From Octopus bimaculoides (taxonomy: Eukaryota): a stretch of 64,000 nt of DNA. Positions 35,683 to 47,850 of the stretch are shown here, piece after piece. How positions within the stretch are numbered: position 1 is the stretch's first letter; the number at the start of each line of letters is the position of its first letter. The stretch is from positions 51,584,987 to 51,648,986 of the forward strand of contig NC_068982.1 of assembly GCF_001194135.2 (NCBI RefSeq), written 5' to 3'. The notes under the pieces were generated by a model that ran no database searches, was not told where the DNA came from, and saw nothing but the letters and a program-made list of their open reading frames with translations. The position numbers and the translations under genes were made by a program.

Positions 35683-36577
35683 CTATAGATTTTTTTTTTT
35701 TTTTTTGATAGATGATTATTTAGTCAAGTGGGATTTATATTGGTTGTTTCTGACTTGAGATTGAAAAATAAAATCATAACAGATACAATCTTAGCTTGGC
35801 TTGAAAAGCAAGTGAGATAAATAATAGCATAGTAACGGATGACTGTTAAGTCAGTTTCTTATCTAAAACTGTAATGAAACATTTCACCATGAAATGTATT
35901 TTAGAGGAGCTGTAAAGCTTCTTATTCTTGTGTTGAGAAAGCAAAACAATAATGTACTTAGGTTTTTTTTAATTGTTGGCCAAATGTATTTTGCTGAATA
36001 CACACTGCACTTTTTTTCATGCTTTTCCATTTATTCTGCCTGCAGGTGGTGGATCAGGTCTGAGACAGCTGAAATGAGAATAAAGAACATTCATGTTCCT
36101 TAATAAGTGCACTATCCATTGTCAATAAGTGAGAAGCTGGATAGAATTATTAATTAGGGTAGTTAGTAAAAGCATGCACACATATGTGACATATGCAGCC
36201 CAAATGTACAGAAAAGTTTGATTCAGTTTTTGAAATGAGCCCCATCCCCCAGTTTTTTTTACATAAATAAGTAGCATATCATTTAAGTTTATGTCTGGCA
36301 TTTTGTTTGTTCAAGGGGGATAGAGTTGACAGAAACCTCAATAACTTCATCATTATTCTTTAGTCCAAATGTATTGGAGTCTTTCATTGGAGTCTTTCAT
36401 GTTCCATCGGCTATATTCTGCAAAATTGTCTTTATGGGGGGGAGATCAATATCTTGTCCTTTCAAAATGTATCCATAAATTGTGTTCTGGTTGTTTGATC
36501 CATACATGTATGATAGATCATTTTTAAATGAGCATATATTTTACCTTCTGTGTTTTCCCTTTATTTTTTTCTTTCTA

Positions 36578-37074
36578 ATCATCATCATCGTTTAACGTCC
36601 GCTTTCCATGCTAGCATAGGTTGGACGATTTAACTGAAGACTGGTGAAACCAGATGGTTGCACCAGGCTCCAATCTGATTTGGCAGAGTTTCTACAGCCG
36701 GATGCCCTTCCTAACGCAAACCACTCCGAGAGTGTAGTGGGTGCTTTTACGTGCCACCAGCACGAAGGTCAGTCAGGCGGTACTGGCAACGGCCACGCTC
36801 AAAATGGTGTATTTTATGTGCCACCCGCACAAGAGCCAGTCCAGGGGCACTGGCAACAATCTCACTTGAAAGTCCTTACACATGCCATGGGCACAAGTGC
36901 CAGAAAGGCGATGCTGGGCACAGGTGCCATCACGATTTCGCTTTTGCTTGCCCCAACAGGTCTTCGCAAGCCGAGTTTCGTGTCCAATGAAACTCGGCTT
37001 GCAAAGACCTGTTGGGGCAAGCGAAAGCGAAATCGTGATGGCACCTGTGCCCAGCGTCGCCTTTCTGGCACTTG
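36578..37074 (-). mobile_element. 5'-truncated RTE LINE ending in an 86-bp inverted duplication
   Basis: (ATC)n tail at 36578, RTE 3' UTR to ~36990, then the reverse complement of 36894-36979. Confidence 0.92.
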
Positions 37075-37440
37075 GTTTGAGTTTATTCCAACCACATGAG
37101 TATGTATCATCATTACTACTATTGTTGTAATGATGGTTGTGTCATTTCTCCATATTAAGTATGGTTGGATAAATTGATTTGTATAGCATTATCATCATTC
37201 ATTGTGGTCTTTCGTCATCTTATCCCTGAGGCTAAAAATTCTGAGATCTGGTATTACTACATCTCTCTATATCTTCTTTGACAGAACTTTAAACTTTTTC
37301 ATCCAGCATCCTCATTTGTTGTTCAGTACAATTATGAGTGTAGAAATATAGCAAATATACATTAGGAAAATATACTGGCTAAAATATGAGAGAAGATAAA
37401 TCTTTTTGAAAATAAAGACATTCAGATTACAGTATAAATA

Positions 37441-37825
37441 AATAATAATAATAATGATTTCAAATTTTGCCACAAGGGTAGCAATTTTGGGGGAGGGGAT
37501 GAGTTGATTACATCAACTCCAGTGTTCAACTGGTACTTATATATTGACCCCAAAAGGATGAAAAACAAAGTCGACCTTGGCAGAATTTGAACTCAGAATG
37601 TAACGACAGATGAAATGCCTCTAAGCATTTTGACTAATGATAATAATGGTCTCAAATTTTGGGGCACGGCTAGCAATTTCAGGAGGTGTAAGTTCCATCA
37701 ACCCCTGTGCACAATTGGTACATATTTTATTAACCCTGACAGAATTGGCAGAATTTAAACTTAGAACTTAAAGACAGACAAAATGCCACTAAGCATTTTG
37801 CCCAGTGTGCTAATAATTCTTCTAG
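37441..37825 (-). mobile_element. Two head-to-tail copies of a second tRNA-SINE family with (ATT)n tail
   Basis: Minus strand gtcgactttgtttttcatccttttggggtcaatatataagtaccag central box; other copies at 43319-43538 (+), 52295-52440 (-), ~16960-17070 and ~39420-39550. Confidence 0.8.
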
Positions 37826-38211
37826 AACTATAAATTTATAGAAGAATACATCAATTATTTTGATACATGAAGAATGAAAGGCCAAGTTGTACCTGAGAAG
37901 ATTTGAACTTCAATTACAGAGATGAAGTAATAAAACTGCAAGGCATTTTTCAATCCAGTAACCTCATGTTTCTGCTTTTCTATTTTATCTTATAGTAATT
38001 AGCACAGCATGGATATTTATTTTATTAACTGTAGGTGGAATTTCAACTCAGAACATACAGGGATGTAAATAAATACTGTAAAGCTCTAACTATATGCATT
38101 TTTTTTTTTTTTTTGTCTTTTGCTGGGTCTGAAGAAAGGTAAAGTGCCAATAACCTTTGAAGGTTCTATAAGATTGATGCTGTAAATGCTCTGCTTAAAC
38201 TATTGTGTATA

Positions 38212-38592
38212 GGTGCAGGCATGACTGTGTGTTTAAGAAGCCTATTTCCCAACCATGTGGTTTCGGGTTCAGTCCCACTGCATGGTACCTTGAGCAAGTG
38301 TCTTCTGCAATAGAACCAGGCCAACCAAATCTTTGTGAGTGGATTTAATAGATAGAAACTGCAAGAAGCCCCTCGCGTGCGTGTGTGTGATGGTTATAAG
38401 CAAGCATCACCATCATTCAAGTGGTTTTGTTTGTTTCCAATCTTCTGTGAAAAACATGTCTGGCCCCAGGGAAATATTACTTTACTTGGAAAAAAGTGAT
38501 GGTTGACAACAGCCATTGAAAAATCTACCTCAACATATTCTGTCTGACCCATATGAGCATGGAACAGTAGACATTAAATGATAATGATGAAG
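38212..38592 (+). mobile_element. SINE with the dominant-family head and an RTE-type (GAT)n tail
   Basis: ggtgcaggcatgactgtgtgtttaagaagc...ggtttcgggttcagtcccactgcatggtaccttgagcaagtgtc head; ends gacccatatgagcatggaacagtagacattaaatgataatgatga. Confidence 0.75.
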
Positions 38593-38887
38593 TCAACATC
38601 TAAAAGAAAGATATGTGCAAGGGGGAAGTTTCAGGGGATGGCTTTCTTAGAAGAAAAGACTGGGTGTAGTGGTTAGCTTAGAGCAAAGGGATATTGGACA
38701 CAATACGGGTGATGAGAGACGGATGAGAAACGACTGAGCTGATAGTGTTTGAGTGAAGGTGACACAAGATTAGGTAGCAGAAACCATAATAGTAATAGTA
38801 GAAAAGGGAGAGAGGAAACAACATATCTATAATGATGTTATACCAATCTATCAAGTGGCCTTTCTTTAGAAGTGGTTTAGGATGTCT

Positions 38888-38890
<3 letters not shown>

Positions 38891-38914
<24 letters not shown>
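38891..38914. repeat. (CAG)8 microsatellite
   Basis: Eight perfect CAG units. Confidence 0.95.
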
Positions 38915-38919
<5 letters not shown>

Positions 38920-40134
38920 CAGATATGGGAGCAATACTATCAACTGCTATGTACTGCCTTTTGATGATGATCATAATAAAAGTCACTATGAAAACAAACT
39001 GTACCCCTGCCCTTGGTATATGTCAGATTTAATACTTTAATTACATCTGTTTTCAAAACTATAAACAAAAAGTTTTTATTTATGAAGTAATATTCGGGAT
39101 TGTTTCGAAAAAATATTATGACAAACTGTACATATATATTATGATCTTTCATTTTTTCTTTTTTCCTTTTTTTTTTTTTTTTGTCATTTTAACGGTTTCT
39201 CGCATAAATATTAGGCTACAGTTGGTATGGGGTGAGTCTTCTCAGTTGAATCAGCCCTTACTGCATGGTTGGTATTTATCTTAGCAATCTCAGCAGGAAT
39301 TGAACCAGAAAATATTGCAAGGCATGCAGACCTGTATACTACTGATTCTAAAACTGCTGCCATCTTTTCTTGTTGTAAATGATTTTGATTTAGGTATACA
39401 GACAGGATTTTCAGAAAAGAAATTAGTTATTTACATCAACCTCAGTACTTGACTGACTACTTAGCTTATTGACCTCAAGGATGAAAAGCAAAATTGACCA
39501 CTATGGTACTTAGACTCAGACATTGGTGTTGATGCTGTAAAGTCTGCCATGCTCGTAATCCCATGAATATAATCACCCTCTTGTTGTAAATATTTAATAG
39601 GGTTTGATCTTCTTTTGGTTACCAGTAAAATTTAGTGTTAGAACATTCTAGTTATGAGTCTCCATCACATATCTCAGTGTTAGTCATTTTTGGTCAGCTT
39701 TGGCCAAATAAATCGAGAGCATAGGTATAAATGGTTGAGCATTTAAAGAAAATATCTTAATTTATATAGTAAATAGGGTTTAATTTAGCATTTATATTAT
39801 AGCATAAACTGTATGGTTTTTTTTAAGAAGATTAAAGCTTTGTTGTCTATAATAGGCTTTGAACACAGTAGTTTGATTGACCTCTAAACCCCCTACTTGA
39901 AAGTAAAGAATGGTATTGCAAATAAAGGGTATTTGAAATATTATGCAGTATTTACTAATTCCAGTTTCTCTAGTTCTTTTCATATTCACTCAAAGAAAAT
40001 TCTATGTGATTGTTCACACTGTTATAAATATCACTGAAATCTTCAAATCCCATCACATTGTCTTATGAAAGAACCATTTAAAAATGATGTAGTTCTTGAT
40101 GGTATACAAAAAGACAGGATGGTAACAACTGGAA

Positions 40135-40359
40135 CTTTCTCAATCATTCTTTACCCATGGACCTCTTTGATTCTTATCTTATTCGAATGGATCCACCTAG
40201 CCATTCAATGTTTAAAAAATATTACATTTCTATTATCATTATTGGGAATGACATAAAAAAAATTCTTAAAATATTTTGTGTAATGTAAAAGTATAACCAC
40301 TTCATTGCTGATAAAGTTTAACAACAAAATCTTATATGAACCCTGGTTGAGAACCACTG
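40135..40359. mobile_element. hAT-type MITE, left end eroded
   Basis: Right TIR ggttgagaaccactg intact; internal sequence matches 29650-29730; flanks aactggaa / agctagaa. Confidence 0.7.
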
Positions 40360-40908
40360 AGCTAGAATATCTTTGATCATATGTCCATTCAATCAAGGCT
40401 GACTTGGTATTAAAGAACTATTATGATCTTTAGTCCATGCCAGTAATTGATATTATGATAAAGTAATCTTATACTGTTGCATAAATTCTTTTTCTCTTTA
40501 AAGCCCAAAGCTAATATTTTTTAGTCATGTTTTTTAGGATCACATGCATACATATACTTTTGGATTTTCAAGCAAGGGTGAAATGTACTCATAACTAGTA
40601 AATTTTTTGTATGTAAGTGATCAAATTAATGTGTTCACATATAAGCCCGCTCACTCCATCAAATCGACATTGCCTGTATAGGTGCACAAGTGTTCCACAT
40701 GTCAGATGTTGAAATGATTACAGAGCAACATGAAATGAAATGTTTTGCTCCACTCAGTTTGAGAATCAAAGTCACAATTTTGTGTATACATTATATGTAT
40801 ATATATATATAGCTGAATAGATAACATTGTTATTTATATAGGTAAAAAAAAACAGTAAATTCTTTGGATATTTAATATCCCTTAGGTGGTTATTTAACAC
40901 CTAACTAA

Positions 40909-40941
<33 letters not shown>

Positions 40942-42256
40942 CAGAGGTTGGACAAAATAGTGGAAACGCCTTAAAATTTCAAACAAATTTATTTTAATAT
41001 GGGGTAGGACCACCTTTGGGAGCAATTACAGCTTGAATTCTATGAGGCATGGACTCATACAAAGTTTGAATGACAGCTAAAACAGTCTCCAGTTCTTTTA
41101 GTGATGATGGTGGAGGATATTGACTCCTTACTTGTTTTTCTAAAATGCGCCATAAATGTTCAATAATATTGAAATCTGGGGAATGTGGTGGCCAGATAAG
41201 ATATTCAACTTCACTAGAAAGTTCCTTGTGCCATTCAGTAACAACTTTAGCTGTGTGAATTGGTACATTATCATCCTGAAAGATTGCGTTTCTCTCTGGA
41301 AACAGTTCCACAACCATAGGATGAATTTGATCATATAAAATGCTTAGATAGTCTTGACTATTTTACCATGAAAGGAAACCATTAGGCTAGCAAATTTCCA
41401 AGATATAGCCCCTACCAGATCATCACAGATCCTCCTCCATGTTTAACAGTTGGAAGAAGGCAGTCTGGATAAAATGCTTCTTTTGGCTGTCTCCACTCAT
41501 ATACTCAGCCGGTGGTTGGAAACGAGATAAAGGATGACTTGTCCAAGAAAATGACATTCTTCTACTGCTCTAGGGACCAATTCTGTAGGTTTTTACTCCA
41601 CTCTAAATGCTTTTCAATGTTTGTTTTTGGAAGTAGTGGTTTTCTGATTGCAGCCCTCCCGTGAAATCCAGCTTTGTGCAGCTCCTGGCAAACAGTTTTT
41701 GTGGAAACTGGATTCTCGAGGTGATCATTAAGCTCTGCAGTAATTTTAGGAGCTGTACTTTTGTGATCCTTTCTAACAATTTGCCTAAGAATTCGACAGT
41801 CCCTATCTGAAAGTTCTGGTTTTCTTCCAGAGTTTTGTTTCAATGAGGAGATTTTTCCCTTTTTCTCAATAGCTGTCATTACTTTCAAGACAATACTTCT
41901 TGATACACCAAACATTTTGGCTGTTTTCATTACGCTAGTGACTGCCATATGAGCACCAACAATTTGAGCTCTTTGAAAGTCCGATAGATCTGTCATTTTA
42001 ATGAATTTTAATTACCTTTTTCTGATAATATCTGAAAAGAAACAGCAATTTTAGCAAAACATATTAAGCAACAGTAATAATAAATCAAAAAACATAAAAA
42101 TAANNNNNNNNNNTTAGCAAAACATATTAAGCAACAGTAATAATAAATCAAAAAACATAAAAATAAACAAGCTTTTGACGGTTTTATAGATATTTCAAAA
42201 TTAGGATGCTATGATGCTATGATGCTAGGTGTTTCCATTATTTTGTCCAACCCTTG
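40942..42256 (-). mobile_element. Near full-length Tc1-superfamily DNA transposon with DD36E spacing (Incomer-like)
   Basis: 30-bp TIRs cagaggttggacaaaatagtggaaacgcct / caagggttggacaaaataatggaaacacct (26/30), TA on both flanks; about 1.25 kb once the gap-flank duplication is removed. Confidence 0.95.
40994..41996 (-). pseudogene. Disrupted Tc1-type transposase
   Basis: N-terminal HTH region MTDLSDFQRAQIVGA...SGRKPELSDRD, then VIFLDKSSF, TVKHGGGSVMIW, FQDDNVPIH, WPPHSPDFNIIEHLW and GGPTPY*; in-frame stops and at least one frameshift. Confidence 0.93.
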
Positions 42257-43318
42257 TATATATATTATGTATATATAAGGTGAAGGCACATGGCCTAGTG
42301 GTTAGTGTTGCACTTATGATTGCAAAATTGTGATTTTGATTCTCAGACTTATGAGAGAGAGAGAGATAGCATATGCATACATGTAAAAATAAGGTACAAA
42401 AACAAAGATGAAGTAAAAAAACAAACAGTGTGTGTGTGTTATTAGGATGGCACATAGGAATATTGGAAGAAGTCTTATTCTTGACTTTAATTATCTGTAA
42501 ATTATTTAAAACTAGTGGAAAACCAACTTGAATATCATGCAAATATATAATAAATACTCTTTCAATATTTTTGTTTTTCATACATTCTAATTTTGCTGAA
42601 TAAAAGCCCTGTTAAATAAAATGAAAGCTAATAAGGTCCTGTGTACTAGATTTCCTTGCAATAATACAAATAAAATATTGTTTTCTTTGGGGGAAATTTT
42701 CTTTTCTGCAAAACCTTGAAGTTTAACTTTCAACATGACAGCTGAAGCTTTGATTTCAAGGATCACTGTTTTAAGAAGCACTGGAGGCCTATGAAAACAT
42801 CTAAACTATTAGATGTTGATGATGGTATTTGCTTATAGAGTGGAAACACATTACACATAGTACTGACATGAATAATAAATTACTAAAAATATATCCTGAT
42901 AAGCACAATCACTACTTTATCTTCCACTTTTATTATTTGCAAGAAAATTTACTTTTCAAGTTTTCTTTTAACCTATTAATTTTTTTTTTTTTTTTACATG
43001 TAGTCTAGAAGTAAACCAGTGCCCATGACCTTTTTCAGTACCTCTAAGACAGATGGAAGGGATAATAGGAAGGAGGATGGGAGTGAAGTGTCTTTAAACC
43101 TGAGACTTGACCTGAATGCTTGTACTTAAGTGGACTCGATTGAAAACACTCAAGAGTCAAGTGGTAGGGGTGTTAAACCAGGTGACAATTATGGTTACTG
43201 CCCAAGTAAGCCATAGTGGGATTTGAACTGAGAATGAAAGAAGCCAGGATTGACACTGTCCACTGCTTCAGCTATATTTAATTAGTGTTATTATTATTAT
43301 TGTGTGGCCTGGTGCCAA

Positions 43319-43538
43319 AAGACAGCAAGCTTGCAGAATCATTAGCATGCCATGCAAAATGCATAGTAGCATTCCGTCTGTCCTTATGCTCAAATTCTGC
43401 TGAGGTCAACTTTGTCTTTCATCCTTTCAGTGTCAGTGAAATAAGTACCAGTTATGCAATGGAGTTCATGTAATCGACTTACCCCACTCTCCCAAAATTT
43501 TAGGCCTTGTTCCTATAGTAGAAAGGATTATTATTATT
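43319..43538 (+). mobile_element. tRNA-SINE, second family
   Basis: gcagaatcattagcatgcc...gaggtcaactttgtctttcatcctttcagtgtcagtgaaataagtaccag...ggattattattatt. Confidence 0.78.
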
Positions 43539-46354
43539 TAATGAAAATGAGGCAGAAATTCTACCTACTCATCAGGTAACTAAATTTACAGAACTTTATC
43601 AGTTTCAATTGTGAACAGTTAAGATCTTTTGAAAATAATGGTACATCCTAGACATTTGCAGAAAATATTGAACATTTTTGTTCATTTCCAATCACAAATT
43701 AGTTCTGTTATTGAGTCAACCATTTTTATATCAAGCTTTTTTGATACACCAGTTACATGTTTGTAACCTACATCAAATACCCTGCATTAGTGTTGCACCA
43801 ACAAATTAAGAAAATGGTTTATATTCTTTCAAAAAATTCTTTATTACTTAACTATGTGTTTTGTTTAATTTTTAGTGTTTTCTTATTACAAATATGGTCA
43901 CAAAATGGTTAAATAGGAATATCCTCAATCCCAATTAAAATAAATATTTAAGCAAAATGTTTTTTTTTAATTTTAAAAAAAATTTTTTATGCCATAATAT
44001 GGCAATGATTTATGACACTTAAAGAATTATTTTAGCAAATACTTTTTAACATTATACATATATTCACTGAATTAATGAAACAGTAATTAAAATGTTTTAT
44101 CAATAATTGCAAATTACTCTACAGTTTCATTTCAATTCATTTCTGCAGTTAGAGTATGCAAAAAGAGAGTAAAATACTTTGATTTTGTTAACTATTTAAT
44201 TTACAAAGAATTAACTTCATGACAGAGTTTATATCTAAGAAAGCTTTAATGAACACATGAATATATAAGCCACTCAATTTGGTACTACACTATTGCCTGG
44301 CACCTTATCAACTATTATATGTTAACTTACTAATTTGCTGATCAGATGATGCCATTTTCTAGAGTTGGAACTTTAAATATCCTACTTAAGTTCTGGATTT
44401 AAACCTTGACCTTTTATAGTTACATCTAGACCCAGTTAGCCAATAAATATGAAAGTAGCATAATTATTTTATGCTTTTGTTTATTTATTTATTTACTTGA
44501 TTAGCTTAATCTTCTATAAAATTACTTACAGTAGGGACACACAAAATGTTTCGTGTTCATCATTATCATTTTGCATCCATTTTCCATGCTAGCATTCATT
44601 GGACATGTCATTCAGTTCTTATTTGAAGTTACTGTCTTCTTAGCTGGACAAAAGGACTACATTCTGCTTGTATATTCTATTTTAGCATGGTTTCTAAAAT
44701 ACTGGATGCCTTTCCTAACATTAAACTTACTTTACATAGAGTACTGTAGATATTATCATAACACCAACACTAAAAAAGTTACTTTGTCCTTTGCAAGACT
44801 AATGAATTCTCTCAATACAACATTGTCTCTGTTCTTTCAATGATTATAACAATGGTGCTTGTAACTGTTTTGCTTCTAAGTTAAACATTTAATATATATC
44901 TTTGTTTTTTTATATAAACCATTAACCTGTTTCCTCCCATAATTCTATTAACTGGAATTTTTTTTATGAAACTTTGATTTCTAGCATAAAACAGCCTTAG
45001 AAACATGCTGGAATGATCAAAATAACATTTCAAAATAACGTTTTAAATAGAAATAAGTGAGATATTGGGTGAAAAATTAGCAAACCTCATTTGAATATCA
45101 GAGAAATATACCTAGTAGATGTAGCAAAAAGGTTAGATATGTGTAAATATTGACAGATAATTACAAAATTTGTAATTTTTAAGTGATCTAATATGAGATC
45201 ACTGGTAGGTAATGGGTTAAAGATAATTAAGTTACTTTCATTACTTAGCCATCAGTTTGATATAATAGATAACTAATTTCAATTAGTTACAAAATTCACG
45301 ATAAATTCCAGTGTAGGCATAGTTGTGTAGTTAAGAAATTTACCCTCCAATCATTTGGTTTCATGTTCAGTCCAACTGTGCAGCACCTTGGGCAAATTGA
45401 AAAGAGCTTGACATATAGTGTGTGTGTGTGTTATGGTTGCCTCATCTCGTCAGATGATAGCTGTCTTAAGTGAGACATCTGTACATCATAGGATTTTTAG
45501 TGACAAAAGCTTGTACAATACTTCTGCCACTCACTTGATCAGCATAGTAAGCTTCAGTGACAAACATTGCAAGATGACTGGTACTATTTTGGCTGCATGT
45601 TTTATGTCAAAGTATTTATCTCCTGCAAGAGAAGAGATACCTTCTCCACAACTTTGTGAAAAATGACAGGAGCTTCCTCTAGCCATGGGAAATGTATTTA
45701 ACCCATAGATGGGACCCTGCCAACTATTACTGTTCCTGGGAGCATTGATAATTAAGGGGTGACTTCACACTCCCACAACTTCAGAATTCCCAAATTGGAG
45801 CCTCAGCAATGGGTGCAGTTTAATATCATACATGTGTGTGAACATGTGTGTTTCTTTACATTTGCACTCTGCAATTGGTGTTGTTATTGTCATTTCTTCT
45901 ATCAGCAAACCATTCACATCAGAGTCTTGTAGATATGTAAAATAAGAGATCCATTACCTGAAAAGCATGTAAGTATTAGTGACAGAAAAAAACCATCCAG
46001 CTATAAAACTCTGCTTCAACAATATACTTGTCTAACCCATGCTAGGCAGGGAAAACAGGTAAAAGAATAAACAACTGGTAATTTTTTGTGACAAGCAGCT
46101 GTGTTTCACTGATATTATTGATAAAAGAACTTAACAACTTTAAATAATATTTCAAGTTGTTTTATAATGTCATTCAAAATATAGAGTTAAAGAATATTCC
46201 TTCTGCTAAATTGTCTCAAATTAAATTTGTTCTTTAACTATTTCTAAGGTCAGCCCAACCTTTTCCTCTTTACAACACTCACTAAAATAACATTTCTGTT
46301 TTTAGTTTTGAGTCACATACATTTGTACAAGCATATACACCTATCACATAACAG

Positions 46355-46392
<38 letters not shown>

Positions 46393-47085
46393 CCATTTAG
46401 GTGCAAAGCATCGTTGTGTTCTTATAAAGTTTGCTTCTCAATCACATGGTTTCAGGTTCAGTCTCACTGCCCTGCATTTTGACAAGTATCTTGTATTATA
46501 TCCTTGGCTAACTAGACACTTCCAGGTGGATTTTGTAGACAGAGCTTCCCATTTGCGGTTAGTTGTTTAAAAGTTATATACTAATGTTTAAGTTAGTATA
46601 TATATATAAATAAGTATATGTATATATAAAAAAGGATTATTGTATATGTATATATAAAAAAGAGACCACTAAGTGGACTGCTAATGTGCTAGAAGAAGAT
46701 CACTGAATGGTTCTCAAAGAAAAAATTTAGCGAAGCAAAAACATACGGGTGAGACTAGTGAAAATTATAGAAATAAATATAAGGTTATCTGTAGACCATG
46801 GTTTCGAAATCAATACTTTCTTACTGAAAATATCTGTTTCTCCTCAGTACAGACTGCCAAAGAGATATAATTCCTAGAACCATGTACTAGTTGTTCCCAC
46901 CAAGTGAAGAAATGTGCACATGGTTCTATTAATTATATAGAGTAATATTCAAAAGTCTTAGTTTTGGCATGCCAAATCCGGAAATATCTCTGCAGAAAAT
47001 AATTTCTGCATCGAATTTACCAACTTTGAGAACGTGGTTATGGTTAATTAAAATAGTAGGGTAAAAAAATTGGAGATAAATTAAG

Positions 47086-47850
47086 ACTAACCATTCTTCT
47101 ATCCCTAGTTTCCTCATTGACCACCAGATGAGGAATCGGGGGACCCTGTCAAAGGCTTTCTCCATGTCAACAAAAGCCAGGTACAGAGGTTTATCCTTGG
47201 TTAGGTATTTCTCTTGAAGCTGTCTTACCAGAAATATAGCATCAGTGGTGCTTTTCCCAGGCACGAACCCAAACTGCATCTCATCTAAACTGACTCGCTC
47301 CCTAAGTAGTTGGGCTATGACCCTCTCCGTAACTTTCATTACCTGATCTAACAGCTTGATACCTCTGTAATTATTTGTATCTAAAGCGTCACCTATTATA
47401 CCTTTGTAGCAGTTGACTATGGTGCTGCTACACCAGTCATTGGGTATGACTCCTTCGTGTATCACCTGGTTAACAATACGGGTGACTAGGTTATAGCCGA
47501 CACTGCCAGATATTTTGAGCATCTCTGTCTTCATACTCTTAATTGCTTTATCTACCAGGGTACTGTCAACTCTGATAGCTGGTCCCTCTGTTGGGTCGAC
47601 ATTCGGCAGACTCTCTTTCTCCCATTCATTTTCTTTATTGAGCAATCTTTCGTAGTGGCGTCTCCAAACCTCTTTCTTTGCAGCCTCGTTTAGTGCAAGC
47701 GTACCATCATCTCTGTGAACACATTTCTCCCCCACGACATCACGATTCTCTCTCACACACTGTCTTGCAACATGAAATACCTCAAGGCTTTGGTCCTCAC
47801 GGCGCAGAACATTGGCAAACTTTTTCTTAGCGCAGAACATTGGCAAACTT
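47086..47850 (-). pseudogene. Internal RTE ORF2 fragment (N-terminal part of the RT domain), truncated at both ends
   Basis: Uninterrupted frame KKKFANVLRREDQ...PNDWCSSTIVNCYKG...NYRGIKLLDQVMKVTERV...QFGFVPGKSTTDAIFLVRQLQEK...AFVDMEKAFDRVP...KLGIEEWLV. Confidence 0.95.

Noticed and set aside
36644-37130. Mirror-image ORFs on both strands (WAQVPSRFRF...)
   Set aside because: By-product of the inverted duplication in the RTE 3' region.
38880-39040. PolyQ/polyA/polyS frames around (CAG)8
   Set aside because: All frames are short; no convincing donor and no domain; a microsatellite explains it.
45527-45640. Minus-strand exon candidate (tctcttctcttgcag ... CAA|gtgagt; GDKYFDIKHAAKIVPVILQCLSLKLTMLIK)
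   Set aside because: Good splice signals but an isolated, unrecognised peptide opposite to the inferred sense strand; such pairs arise by chance in 64 kb.
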